Shown here: positions 12,065-21,415 of the stretch, piece after piece
Layout: the number at the start of each line of letters is the position of its first letter
Position numbering within the stretch: position 1 is the first letter of the stretch
Assembly (NCBI GenBank): GCA_964481255.1
Contig: CAYZTZ010000003.1
Span: 1,174 to 65,173 of the forward strand
Direction: 5' to 3'
Length of the DNA: 64,000 bases
Source: an uncultured Acidobacteriota bacterium
GTDB lineage: Bacteria; Acidobacteriota; UBA6911
The notes under the pieces: generated by a model
Told to the model about the DNA's origin: nothing
What the model saw: only the letters and a program-made list of their open reading frames with translations
Databases searched by the model: none
Translations under genes and position numbers: made by a program

Positions 12065-12098
12065 GCGCAACCATATTTATGTAAATATTGCGCAATTG
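12065..12098. other. AT-only palindrome plus ATTGCGCAAT palindrome in the convergent intergenic gap
   Basis: ATATTTA-TG-TAAATAT at 12073-12088, immediately followed by the 10-bp perfect palindrome ATTGCGCAAT at 12087-12096. Flanking DNA is GC-rich. Confidence 0.5.
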
Positions 12099-12226
12099 CT
12101 CTCTGCCCCGTCCGCGTATCCGGAATATGCCGGTAAAGCCCGCAGGTTTCGCGGCAGAAACCGACGGGCATAAATCGCGCATTGCGTCGAAGAACGGTCT
12201 CCGGGCGGTCTCAAGGGCCCGGCATC

Positions 12227-12907
12227 CTATGGAGAGTCGGCGCCGCGCAGCAGAGCCTGGGGATCCAGCAGCTTGATGCGCCGCTGGTCGATTTCGATCG
12301 TCCCCTGCCTGCGCAGGCGGGCCAGGACGCGCGTCACGGTCTCCCTGGAAGTGCTCACCATTTCGGCGAGTTCCTGGTGCGTGATCTTGAGGTCGATGAT
12401 GGTCCCGCGGGCGTCGCGGACGCCGTGTTTCTTGGCGAGCTGGTGGATGCACATGCAGATCCTGGCGTCGGCGCTGCTTGAGCTGAGGCTTTGGGTCTGC
12501 CAGACCTGTCTCAGCCTCGCGCACAGGACGTGGATGATCTGCAGCATGACCTTTTCGTTGCGCATGAGGTATTTGTGAAAATCGGCGCCGCTCACGGAAA
12601 TGATCTTGGAGTCCTCCATGGCGGACACGGTGGCGGGCGCCGTCTTGCCGTCCAGAAGGGACATCTCCCCGAAAAAATCTCCGGCACGGTGAATCGCCAG
12701 AATGGTTTCCTTGCCGGAGGCGCCGGCTTTGGACACTTTCACCTTTCCGGATAGAACCAGGTACATGTACGTGCCGGTTTCCTCCTCCAGAAAGATAATC
12801 TGGTTTTTCCTGTAGGCCCGAAGCACGAAGATATGCTTCAGCTGGTCGAACTCCTCGTCCGTGAGGGTCGAAAAAAGCGGCACACGTCGTATCTGATCAA
12901 CTTTCAT
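12227..12907 (-). CDS. Crp/Fnr family transcriptional regulator
   Basis: N-terminal cNMP-binding beta-barrel (FFGEMSLLDG) and C-terminal HTH (THQELAEMVSTSRETVTRVLARL). Confidence 0.85.
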   Translation of the reverse strand: MKVDQIRRVPLFSTLTDEEFDQLKHIFVLRAYRKNQIIFLEEETGTYMYLVLSGKVKVSKAGASGKETILAIHRAGDFFGEMSLLDGKTAPATVSAMEDSKIISVSGADFHKYLMRNEKVMLQIIHVLCARLRQVWQTQSLSSSSADARICMCIHQLAKKHGVRDARGTIIDLKITHQELAEMVSTSRETVTRVLARLRRQGTIEIDQRRIKLLDPQALLRGADSP

Positions 12908-13995
12908 GGCAGTTTCAGGCGCGTGATTTCGGTCCGTTCAGGCCGGTCCAGAGGATTCTGCGGCGCGACCGCGCGAAGCCAGTAGCGGAACAGAGCGTAG
13001 GCCGAGCCTGCCAGGGCCGAGAAAACGCAAAGGAGCGCGACGAAAATCAGGGAATTCAGGACCGTCCCCAGGATCACCAGCGGCACGCCCCATATGATTT
13101 TCGGTTTCGGTTTTTCATAAATCCAGCGGATCGAATAGCTGTAGCTTAAAGGGCCCAGGATCTTTTCGGCGACCCGGGGGTCGAAGGAGCCTTCGAGGAG
13201 GGCGACGAGCGGCCCGGCCCTTTTCGCGTAGGTCCGAATCGGAGCCCGGCGCGCGGACCGAAGCTCCTGCAGGCGGGAGAAGTATTCCTCGGCCACCTCG
13301 GCCGTCGGGAAGATCGACAGGGACAGGACGCCCTCCTGGTGCTCGAGGCAGTAGCGCGCCTGGGCGAGCTCCATGTCGGGCGTGAAGCGCGCGTAGCCCT
13401 TGGGCGAAGAGAGCGCATGCTTTTGGAAGGATTCGCCGCCGACGAAATACCGCAGGCTTGACGCGTCGTATCCCGGTTTCGGCAGGTAGGAGATGAGCGA
13501 CGGACGCTTTTGGCGCTGGTCTCCGATACATCGGCTTATCGAGAGGGCAACCCGCCGGATAAGCTCCTGCGGCGCCTGGCGGCCCCGCAAGCGGATCCAG
13601 CGCCTTCCCTGTGAGAAACGCAGGTCGTTTTCGGCGGAAACGAATTCATCTCCCGGCGGTCCTTCCGCAAGGGCCGAATCGCGCAGCAGGGTCAAGAGCG
13701 AGAAAGCCGCGCTCCGGTCCCGGAGCGTCACGATTTCCGCGGACAGGGATCCTGAGTCCGGGACGGAATAAACGCGCCTTTCATATTTTTCAAATCCGAC
13801 ATCAGCGAACAGCGGGCCGTCTTCGACCCTGGAGAGGCGCGCCGGATCGGTAAAAGACAGATCCGAGGCCACGGGACCGAGTCCCTGCAGTTTGCGCGCG
13901 TCCGGGAAGCATTCGTCCGCAGCGGGGTTCCCCTCGGCGGCCGCGTAAGCCGAAGTCGCAAAAAGGGCGAAAAACAAGGCGAGGATCGGTTTCAT
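12904..13995 (-). CDS. hypothetical exported protein with a C-terminal membrane anchor
   Basis: Signal peptide MKPILALFFALFATSAYAAA and a hydrophobic stretch near the C-terminus (VPLVILGTVLNSLIFVALLCVFSALAG). I recognised no family. Coding periodicity is good. Confidence 0.6.
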   Translation of the reverse strand: MKPILALFFALFATSAYAAAEGNPAADECFPDARKLQGLGPVASDLSFTDPARLSRVEDGPLFADVGFEKYERRVYSVPDSGSLSAEIVTLRDRSAAFSLLTLLRDSALAEGPPGDEFVSAENDLRFSQGRRWIRLRGRQAPQELIRRVALSISRCIGDQRQKRPSLISYLPKPGYDASSLRYFVGGESFQKHALSSPKGYARFTPDMELAQARYCLEHQEGVLSLSIFPTAEVAEEYFSRLQELRSARRAPIRTYAKRAGPLVALLEGSFDPRVAEKILGPLSYSYSIRWIYEKPKPKIIWGVPLVILGTVLNSLIFVALLCVFSALAGSAYALFRYWLRAVAPQNPLDRPERTEITRLKLP

Positions 13996-15834
13996 TTATC
14001 TCGGGTCGGGGCGGTTTTGGGCGACGTCCGTGCCCAGGGTTTTGATATAGTCCTGAATCCCCGCGAAAAGGGCGGACGCCATGCGCTCCTGATGGACGGT
14101 CTTGCGCAGGAGCCGTTCGTCCCTGGGATTGCTGATGAAAGCGACCTCGGTGAGCACCGAGGGCATATTGGCCCCGATAAGGACTATGAAAGGGGCCCGG
14201 CGAACGCCGCGGTTCTTCGCGGAGGGGAAGATATTGCGAATCCCCGCATACAGCCTCTTTTGGATGATCGAGGCCAGCTCCCTCGACTCCATGGATTTAT
14301 CGGCCTGCGCGATTTTCTTTACAAGGTCTTCCAGGTCGCGGACGTTATTGAGCGCCGTCGCGTTTTCCCGGGCCGCCACCTCGCGCTCGGCGTCCGTCGT
14401 GGCGAAATCGAGATAATAGGTTTCGACCCCGCTTGCCGAGCGGGAGCGGCTGGAATTGGCGTGAATGGAAATGAAAAGATCGGCGCGGTGCCGGTTGGCG
14501 AAGGCGGTGCGCTCCTCCAGCGACACGAAAGAGTCGTCGGTGCGGGTCAGAAACACTTCAGCGCCCAGGTTTTCCCCAAGAAGCTTTTGGAGTTCCAGGG
14601 CTATGGCTAGGACAAGGTCCTTTTCCAGAAGCCCTCCCGGGCCGACACAACCCAAATCGTGGCCGCCGTGCCCCGGGTCGATGACCACCCGCCCCACCTT
14701 CAGGCCGAGGACGCGCGTGAGCGTCCGGTTCCCCGCGCTTGTGGGGGAAGCTGTTTTGGGCAGAGGCGGCGGCTCCGGCGCCCGGGCTGAAGCCGGCGCG
14801 GGCGCGGTTTCGTCGGGGCGCGGATTGACCTCCACGGGCGAACGCTGCGCGTCCGGCCCTCTTGCCGAACGCCGATGCAGATCGATGACGATGCGGAAAG
14901 GGTCATGCAGCTCAAAGACGGAGGGGTCGTCTTTGGACGCCAGGTCCAGAACCACGCGCACGACGTCGGGACTGTTCTGCGCCACACGAATCTTCCTGAG
15001 GAGGTCGTCCTCGACCGCAAATGTCTTCGCCCTCAGGTCCGCGCTCAATCTGGAATCGAAGATATCGAAATAGATTCTTTCGGGATCGGATAAGAGAACC
15101 TTGCGGTATCGGGCCTGCGAATCCATGTCGATGAGCACGCGCGTGTATTCCGCGGTCGACCAGTAGCGGACGCTGTGAACCATGGGCCGCCCGCCCGCCG
15201 GCGTGTTGTCCGCTTGGGCGACGGGAGGCGGCGCAGGAGCTTCCGCGGGCCCGGAAGCGGCTTTCGCACTCTCAAGTTGGCGGAAAGCGCTCGATCTGCC
15301 ATAGCGGTTTTTGAGGCGCCCATAGGCCTCGGCGGCCGCTTTCGGGTCGTTCAGATAATTGGAATAGAGATCGACCACGCGGGCCAGCGCGTCCGGGCAG
15401 TTCGGATTTCCTCCATAGTCGCGAACCAGGAAGTCATACCGTTTGGCCGCCGTTTTATAAAACTCCGGATCGGAGAACCTGGTCCCCATTTCCTGATAGA
15501 TCCGTCCCTCTTCATAAATCGCATCAGCGGCCCGGACGTAATGCGGGTCTTTCAGGTACACGTTCCGGTAGGTCCTGGCGCATCGGAGGTATTGCTTGAG
15601 ATCCGGCGCAGCCGATTGGGCGATTTCGTCTTTCATCCGCGCGGCTTCCTGAAAATCGTGTTCGGCTCCGGGCCTGTCCCATCGGTCGGCCGGAGGCGAC
15701 GCCGGGGCAGACAGGGATGAAAAAATGGTGAAGAGAAGGAGATAGGAGACCCGCCATGATCTCCCGTATCTGCGCCTGGCGAGGGCCATGCTGTTCATCA
15801 TATGCGCGGGGCCGGACGGTGTCAAGCCCCGCAC
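13996..15834 (-). CDS. amiC: N-acetylmuramoyl-L-alanine amidase (AmiC-like: TPR/YbgF-like N-terminus, AMIN-like domain, Amidase_3)
   Basis: VVIDPGHGGHD, FISIHANS and TEVAFISNP motifs. The start is uncertain: GTG at 15834, or ATGs at 15801/15798/15789. Confidence 0.85.
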   Translation of the reverse strand: MRGLTPSGPAHMMNSMALARRRYGRSWRVSYLLLFTIFSSLSAPASPPADRWDRPGAEHDFQEAARMKDEIAQSAAPDLKQYLRCARTYRNVYLKDPHYVRAADAIYEEGRIYQEMGTRFSDPEFYKTAAKRYDFLVRDYGGNPNCPDALARVVDLYSNYLNDPKAAAEAYGRLKNRYGRSSAFRQLESAKAASGPAEAPAPPPVAQADNTPAGGRPMVHSVRYWSTAEYTRVLIDMDSQARYRKVLLSDPERIYFDIFDSRLSADLRAKTFAVEDDLLRKIRVAQNSPDVVRVVLDLASKDDPSVFELHDPFRIVIDLHRRSARGPDAQRSPVEVNPRPDETAPAPASARAPEPPPLPKTASPTSAGNRTLTRVLGLKVGRVVIDPGHGGHDLGCVGPGGLLEKDLVLAIALELQKLLGENLGAEVFLTRTDDSFVSLEERTAFANRHRADLFISIHANSSRSRSASGVETYYLDFATTDAEREVAARENATALNNVRDLEDLVKKIAQADKSMESRELASIIQKRLYAGIRNIFPSAKNRGVRRAPFIVLIGANMPSVLTEVAFISNPRDERLLRKTVHQERMASALFAGIQDYIKTLGTDVAQNRPDPR

Positions 15835-15895
15835 TTTTAGAACTTATTGAAAACTAAAGCACTTGTGGGGCAACATCATCCGGCGGCAACCGGAT

Positions 15896-16615
15896 CTAGC
15901 GGGATGAAGGTATGTTCGTCAGATGCAGAACCCCTTCCTCGTCGTAAAACTTATAGGGCGGTGAATATCCTGCGCTTTCGCGCGGCTGCACCTCGGATTG
16001 GGACTTGCTGTAGCGCTGCGTCACGGAGCGGACATATTCGCGTGTTTCTTTGATCTCAGGCACGCGCCCCAGGCGGGCCACCATGTTTTCGCCCGCGTTA
16101 TAGGCCGCCAGGCTCAGGTCCAGGTTGTTGTTGAAATTATCCATCAGCCAGCGCAGGTGTTTCACTCCCCCGCGGATGTTTTCCTCGGGATCGAAAATAT
16201 CGGAGACCCCGTGACGCTCGGCGGTGGCGGGCATAAGCTGCATCAGCCCGCGGGCGCCCTTTCGCGAAACGGCTTTGGGATTAAACCCTGATTCCGCGGC
16301 GATAATGGATCGGATCAGAGAAGGTTCGAAACCGTGTTCGAGGGCGTATTTTTCAATGATCGGGTCGTATATCCGGGACCTGTCCTCCGTATTTCCGGCG
16401 CCCGATTCCGGAGAGGGAGCCGATGATTTAAGGATCTGCAGGTCCCAGACCGCGTTCACAGGGGGTATATTGGTGAAATTCCGGACGCCGTTTTCATCGA
16501 TGTAGGAATAAAGGATTTGGCCGAAGCAATCGGCTCCTGCGGATGCCGCGGCCGAGATCGTCAACAGGAGGGTGAAAGCTCTCACGAGGCGAATGCGAGT
16601 CTCTTTTTGCGTCAT
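15896..16615 (-). CDS. lytic transglycosylase (SLT domain) flanked by DUF4124-like motifs
   Basis: IIAAESGFNPKAVSRKGARGLMQLMPATA is the SLT catalytic region. YIDENGVRNFTNIP lies near the N-terminus and FYDEEGVLHLTNIP near the C-terminus. Confidence 0.85.
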   Translation of the reverse strand: MTQKETRIRLVRAFTLLLTISAAASAGADCFGQILYSYIDENGVRNFTNIPPVNAVWDLQILKSSAPSPESGAGNTEDRSRIYDPIIEKYALEHGFEPSLIRSIIAAESGFNPKAVSRKGARGLMQLMPATAERHGVSDIFDPEENIRGGVKHLRWLMDNFNNNLDLSLAAYNAGENMVARLGRVPEIKETREYVRSVTQRYSKSQSEVQPRESAGYSPPYKFYDEEGVLHLTNIPSSR

Positions 16616-16717
16616 CGTCTCAATAGATGCCGAACAGGATAAAAAAGTCCATCCGGTTGTCTGCGAAGCGGTGCTCCGCTTGCGAAACTGCGGCGGCCCG
16701 CCATCCGGTCAAGTGAC

Positions 16718-19354
16718 TTATCGGTCCAACAAACCCTCTACTACAGAATAGCTTCGGCGGATGGCGTCATTCAGCCCGGACACGTCCTTTCCGCCGGCCT
16801 CGGCGAGCTCGGGTTTGCCTCCGCCGGCCCCGCCGACCAACGGGGCCAATTGCCTGATAATCCGGCCTGCCGAGATCCGGCTGCAAATATCGCCCGTAAC
16901 CATGACCACAAGAGCCGCCTTGTCGTCCTGAGGGGCTCCCAGGATGACGACGCCCGATCCGAGCTTCCGCTTGATCTCGTCGGCCAGATTCCTGAGGCCG
17001 GCCCGGTCCATCGACGGGAGTGTTTCGGCGACCACCTTGATGCCCTTTATTTCCTTTGTCCGCTCGAGGATTCCGCCGATTCCGGCGCGCGCGGACTGTG
17101 CTTTCAGGTCCTGGACCCGGCGTTGCAGCTCGCGTATCTGCTGCTGCAGCTTTTCTATAAATGCTGCAATATCGCGGCGTGCCAATTTATATTCGTCCTG
17201 GATGGTGTTGAGTATCTCCTCGGCGGACCGGAACCGTTCCAGGGCCGCCGGGCCGGTCAGGGCCTCGATACGGCGGACGCCGGCAGAAATGCCGCCCTCG
17301 CTGACGATCTTGAACAGGCCGATGGCTCCGGTCGCCGCCACGTGTGTCCCGCCGCAGAGCTCCCTGCTGAATCCCGGCACCTCGACCACGCGGACTCTCT
17401 CCTGGTACTTTTCGCCGAAAAGGGCGACGGCGCCGGATTTCATGGCGTTATCCAAATCCATGACGGCGGTTTCCACCGGCGAGTCGCGCCAAATCTGCTC
17501 GTTGACGAGATCTTCAACCTTTCGGATTTCGGCCGCGGTCATGGGCGCGTAATGGGTGAAATCGAAGCGGAGGCGATCGGGAGAAACCAGCGATCCGGCC
17601 TGCTTGACGTGGGGGCCGAGAACCTGTTTCAAAGCGGCCTGAAGAAGGTGAGTGGCCGTGTGATTTTTCATGGAGAGGTTCCGCCTGTCGAGATCGACGC
17701 GGGCTTCGACGCGGTCCCCCACCTGAAAAGATCCCGAGACCACTTCCACGACATGGGTGATGGTCGTGCCGCGGTAAAGCGTATCGAGGACGAGGGCCCG
17801 GCTGTCTCCCTTGGAGAGGACGCCGGTATCGCCGACCTGGCCGCCCGATTCCGCGTAGAAGGGCGTCGGATTCAGGACGAGCTCGCCTTTGCGGCCCTTC
17901 TCGATCGTCTCGGCCCTTTCTCCGTCCACAATAATGGCCTCTATGACGGCCTCGACCGCCCCCTGGATCCCGTAGCCCACAAAATCGGTCTTGCCCTCAA
18001 AAACGGTCCGGGCGACCTCCTCGCGGATCTTGCCGGACTCGTAATCCCTGCGGGAGCGCTCGCGCTGGGCCTCGAAAGCCCGGGCGAAGCCGGCTTCGTC
18101 GACCGCAAGGCCGTTCTCCCGGGCGAGGTCCTCGATGATTTCCAGGGGCAGTCCGCGCGTGTCGTACAGGAAGAACGCGTCGTCGCCCGGAAGCAGGCGG
18201 CTGCCGGAATCCTTGAGCTTTTTCACCCTGTCTTTGAAATCCTTCAAGCCCTCGCCGAGCGTTCCGGCGAAGGCTTCCTCCTCCTGCCTGATGACGCGGG
18301 CGACGGTCTCCCTGGACTGGACGAGTTCGGGATAGGCGTCTTTCATCGACTCCACGACCGCGCCCGCGACCCGGTAAAGGAACGGCTCCTCGATCCCGAG
18401 CCTCTTGCCGTGGACGATCGCGCGCCGCAGGATCTTGCGCAACACGTAGCCGCGCCTGTCGTTGCCGGGATACTGCCCGTCCCCGATGACGAAAGCGGCC
18501 GCGCGCGCGTGATCCGCGATGATGCGCATGGAGACATCGTCGTAAGGGTCGGCGCCGTAGACGGTGTTCGCGATATCCGATATTTCCTCCAGGAGGGGAC
18601 GGAAGAGATCCGTGTCGTAGTTGGATGTTTTCCCCTGGAGCACCGTCGCGATGCGTTCGAGTCCCATCCCCGTGTCGATCGAGGGCGAGGGGAGAGGGTT
18701 CAGCGCCCGGTCGGCGTCGCGGTTGTACTGCATGAAGACGAGGTTCCAGACTTCAACCCAGCGTCCGCATCCGCAGGTGAGGTCGCAATCGCCGTGGTCG
18801 GCGACGGGGCTGCGGCCGAAATCGTAATGCAGTTCCGAACAGGGGCCGCAGGGCCCCGTATCGCCCATCGCCCAGAAATTATCCTTTTCGTCGAGGCGAA
18901 GTATCCTGTCTTCGGGAATGTTTTCCTGGTTGCGCCAGATGTCCCACGCGGCGTCGTCCTCCCGGTACACGGTCACCCAGAGCCGGCGCGGGTCGAGTCC
19001 ATAGTGCCTCGTCAGCAGTTCCCATGCCCAATGGATCGCCTCTTTCTTGAAATAATCCCCGAAGGAAAAGTTGCCCAGCATCTCAAAAAAAGTGTGGTGC
19101 CGCGTGGAGCGGCCGACCTCGCGGAAGTCGTTGTGCTTGCCGCTGACGCGCATGCACTTCTGGCTTGTGGCGGCGCGCCTGTAAGGACGGGTCTCGTTTC
19201 CCAGGAAAATGTCCTTGAACTGGTTCATGCCCGCGTTGGTGAAGAGCAGGGTGGGGTCGTTGAAGGGAATCAGCGAGGAGCTGGGAACGATCCTGTGCCC
19301 CCGGCTCTCGAAAAACTTAAGGAAAAGCTCGCGGATCTGATGGCTGCTTGTCAA
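16718..19354 (-). CDS. alaS: alanine--tRNA ligase
   Basis: 878 aa. FTNAGMNQFK, HHTFFEMLGNFSFGDYFK, and the editing-domain HTATHLL motif. Confidence 0.95.
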   Translation of the reverse strand: MTSSHQIRELFLKFFESRGHRIVPSSSLIPFNDPTLLFTNAGMNQFKDIFLGNETRPYRRAATSQKCMRVSGKHNDFREVGRSTRHHTFFEMLGNFSFGDYFKKEAIHWAWELLTRHYGLDPRRLWVTVYREDDAAWDIWRNQENIPEDRILRLDEKDNFWAMGDTGPCGPCSELHYDFGRSPVADHGDCDLTCGCGRWVEVWNLVFMQYNRDADRALNPLPSPSIDTGMGLERIATVLQGKTSNYDTDLFRPLLEEISDIANTVYGADPYDDVSMRIIADHARAAAFVIGDGQYPGNDRRGYVLRKILRRAIVHGKRLGIEEPFLYRVAGAVVESMKDAYPELVQSRETVARVIRQEEEAFAGTLGEGLKDFKDRVKKLKDSGSRLLPGDDAFFLYDTRGLPLEIIEDLARENGLAVDEAGFARAFEAQRERSRRDYESGKIREEVARTVFEGKTDFVGYGIQGAVEAVIEAIIVDGERAETIEKGRKGELVLNPTPFYAESGGQVGDTGVLSKGDSRALVLDTLYRGTTITHVVEVVSGSFQVGDRVEARVDLDRRNLSMKNHTATHLLQAALKQVLGPHVKQAGSLVSPDRLRFDFTHYAPMTAAEIRKVEDLVNEQIWRDSPVETAVMDLDNAMKSGAVALFGEKYQERVRVVEVPGFSRELCGGTHVAATGAIGLFKIVSEGGISAGVRRIEALTGPAALERFRSAEEILNTIQDEYKLARRDIAAFIEKLQQQIRELQRRVQDLKAQSARAGIGGILERTKEIKGIKVVAETLPSMDRAGLRNLADEIKRKLGSGVVILGAPQDDKAALVVMVTGDICSRISAGRIIRQLAPLVGGAGGGKPELAEAGGKDVSGLNDAIRRSYSVVEGLLDR

Positions 19355-19355
19355 G

Positions 19356-19853
19356 TCATTCTCCTGTCTCGAGGCGCCGCCACAGCCCCGGCGGAAGGAT
19401 CTCTTTCAGGGCGCCCGCGATCGCGTCGTCTTCGAAACCGCGCCGGCGCAGATGCGCGAGGAGACGGCGGGCGCTCTTCTCGTCCGGGGCGTCGCCCATT
19501 TTCCCGAGATGCCTGCGCGCGTATTCGATCAGCGCGGACCGGGGATCCGTTTCGCCGCAGGCGCGGGCGATCGCCGCGTCGGCGACATCCGGGGCGACGC
19601 GGCGCCCAAGGAGCGCGTCGCGCACCCTGGCCGGGCCCCATCCCCGCCGCCCGACGCGATGAAGAGCGAAATTATACGCGTAATCCGCATCATTGAGAAG
19701 GCGGAGCTGTTCCAGTCGGTCGAGGACGGCCTCCACGACTGAAGCGTCCGCGCCCGCGGAAATCCTGTCCCGAAGCTCGGCGCGGCTCAAGGAACGCCGG
19801 GCCAGAATCGCGCCCGCTTTCTCGAGAAGCGTCTTGCGGGGGTCGGCGTGCAT
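19356..19853 (-). CDS. recX: RecX family regulatory protein
   Basis: About 165 aa of helical repeats (LSRAELRDRI..., LNDADYA...). Immediately upstream of alaS, the usual recX position. No recA lies next to it. Confidence 0.75.
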   Translation of the reverse strand: MHADPRKTLLEKAGAILARRSLSRAELRDRISAGADASVVEAVLDRLEQLRLLNDADYAYNFALHRVGRRGWGPARVRDALLGRRVAPDVADAAIARACGETDPRSALIEYARRHLGKMGDAPDEKSARRLLAHLRRRGFEDDAIAGALKEILPPGLWRRLETGE

Positions 19854-20017
19854 GACGGTTCTATGATACCCGCAGACGCGGCCCGATGGAAGCGCCCGCC
19901 CCGCGCGCCCGAACGCCCCTGGGCCTCAAACGCGAGCGGTTATCGCCATCGGCGCAGGCATACACCAGGAGAAGCGCAACTTGTCCGGAGGGATATCCGC
20001 GCAATCTGCGGCCGCGT

Positions 20018-21136
20018 CTAGCGCATCAGTTCGCTTTCCATGGCTTCGATGGCCGCGTCCTTGGTCGTGTAGATGCCCTGCACGCGGAGCTTGAATTCCT
20101 CGGGATTGGTCGCGTAGGCGAAGGCGTCGTCCAGGCTGATGCGCCCGGCCTTGTAATGCTCGTAGATGGACTGGTCGAACGTCTGCATGCCGTACTGGGA
20201 TGTGCCTGCGGCGATGGCGCCCCGGAGAAGGCGCGTCTTGTCCGGATCGATAATGCAGCTTCGTATGAAATCCGTGACCCGCATGATCTCGATGGCGGGC
20301 ACACGGCCCGGAACGTCCGACCGCTTCATCAGTCTCATCGAGATGACGGCCCGCAGCACCATGGAAAGCTGCAAACGGATCTGCCTCTGCTGGTGGACGG
20401 GGAAGACGGCCGTGATGCGGTTGATGGTCTCGACGGCGTCCAGGGTGTGGAGGGTGCTGAAAACGAGATGCCCGGTTTCGGCCGCCACCAGTGCGGTTTC
20501 GATGGTTTCCATGTCGCGCATCTCGCCCACCAGGATGACGTCCGGGTCCTGACGCAGGGCGCTCCGCAGGGCGCTTCCGAAACTGCAGGCGTCGACGCTG
20601 ATTTCGCGCTGGCTGACGAGGCTCAACCTGTCCTCGTGGGAGAACTCGATCGGGTCCTCGATGGTGAGGATGTGCCGTGTGCAGTGCTCGTTGATATAGT
20701 TGAGGATGGTGGCGATCGTCGTCGATTTCCCGGATCCCGTGGTGCCCGTGACCAGCACCATGCCGCGCGGTTCCTTCGCGATAAGCTCCAGAACCGGCGG
20801 GAGGAAGAGATCGTCAAATCCCAGAATCTTGGACGGGATCGCGCGGATCGCAACCGACACGACGCCCTTTTGCTGAAAGACGTTGATGCGGAAGCGTCCC
20901 AGTCCGGGGACGCCGTAACCCACATCGACCTCGCTGTTGTCGCGGAAGCGCTCCTTTTGCCGGCTGTTCATGACGGAAAAGGCCATCATGACCGTATCTT
21001 CCTTGTCCAGCTTTTGCTGGTCGGTCAGGGGAACCAGCTCCCCGTTGACGCGCAGATGAGGGTGGCAGCCGACCTTCAAATGCATGTCGGAGGCGCCCCG
21101 GGCGACCATCACGTGCAGAAGACTGTCGAGATTCAT
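20018..21136 (-). CDS. pilT: type IV pilus twitching motility ATPase PilT
   Basis: MNLDSLLHVMVARGASDMHLKVG, Walker A GTTGSGKSTT, and Asp/His boxes typical of PilT. Start placed at ATG 21136. Confidence 0.9.
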   Translation of the reverse strand: MNLDSLLHVMVARGASDMHLKVGCHPHLRVNGELVPLTDQQKLDKEDTVMMAFSVMNSRQKERFRDNSEVDVGYGVPGLGRFRINVFQQKGVVSVAIRAIPSKILGFDDLFLPPVLELIAKEPRGMVLVTGTTGSGKSTTIATILNYINEHCTRHILTIEDPIEFSHEDRLSLVSQREISVDACSFGSALRSALRQDPDVILVGEMRDMETIETALVAAETGHLVFSTLHTLDAVETINRITAVFPVHQQRQIRLQLSMVLRAVISMRLMKRSDVPGRVPAIEIMRVTDFIRSCIIDPDKTRLLRGAIAAGTSQYGMQTFDQSIYEHYKAGRISLDDAFAYATNPEEFKLRVQGIYTTKDAAIEAMESELMR

Positions 21137-21377
21137 AGGATTCCTCAGGCCACATCCAGGAAACAAGGCGCCGAAGCGCGGATTCGATCGATCCCGGCCG
21201 CGGTCCGGGCTCAACCGTTCAACGTATTTGCTATCGGCTCAATCCTTCCGAAACAATAGTTTTGGCCAAATCCGGCGCGCGCCGCGAGTCGGGCTCGTCG
21301 CGAACCGCCGGTGTGCGCGACCTGCCGGCGGCGCGGTTTTCGGCAAGCGAATTCATTGGCAGAAAAGGACTTTCACC

Positions 21378-21406
21378 TTGACTGCCATGGAGGCTTTCCG
21401 TAAGAT
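21378..21406 (+). promoter_or_regulatory. sigma70-like promoter (TTGACT-N17-TAAGAT), 10 nt upstream of ATG 21416
   Basis: TTGACT at 21378-21383 and TAAGAT at 21401-21406. This geometry implies a leaderless or near-leaderless mRNA. Confidence 0.3.
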
Positions 21407-21415
21407 TCCTTACCT

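Noticed and set aside
12065-12098. A confident call of a XerC/D dif site.
   Set aside because: TTATGTAAAT matches the XerD arm and GCGCA matches the XerC-arm core. However, the inner ATAA of the XerC arm is absent and the arm spacing is about 2 nt short of the 11-6-11 layout. I cannot compute the genome GC skew. It is reported only as a hypothesis.
16850-19696. A 948-aa plus-strand ORF. Similar long shadow ORFs occur at 6997-8574, 26221-28269, 30466-32133, 35798-37054, 37513-38871, 46788-48062, 48974-50689 and 59846-61567.
   Set aside because: Each is antisense to a confidently identified housekeeping gene (alaS, valS, hemW/ltaE, the TPR gene, hisS, mutL, rocD, rarA, SBP/htrA). Each has junk-like composition.
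21258-21352. A third, degenerate copy of the multi-hairpin repeat (CCAAATCCGGCGCGCGCC ... GGCGCGGTTTTCGGCAAGC).
   Set aside because: Only the GC-rich arm cores show similarity. The hp1-hp3 modules are absent and the alignment needs many gaps, so it is indistinguishable from chance in GC-rich spacer DNA.
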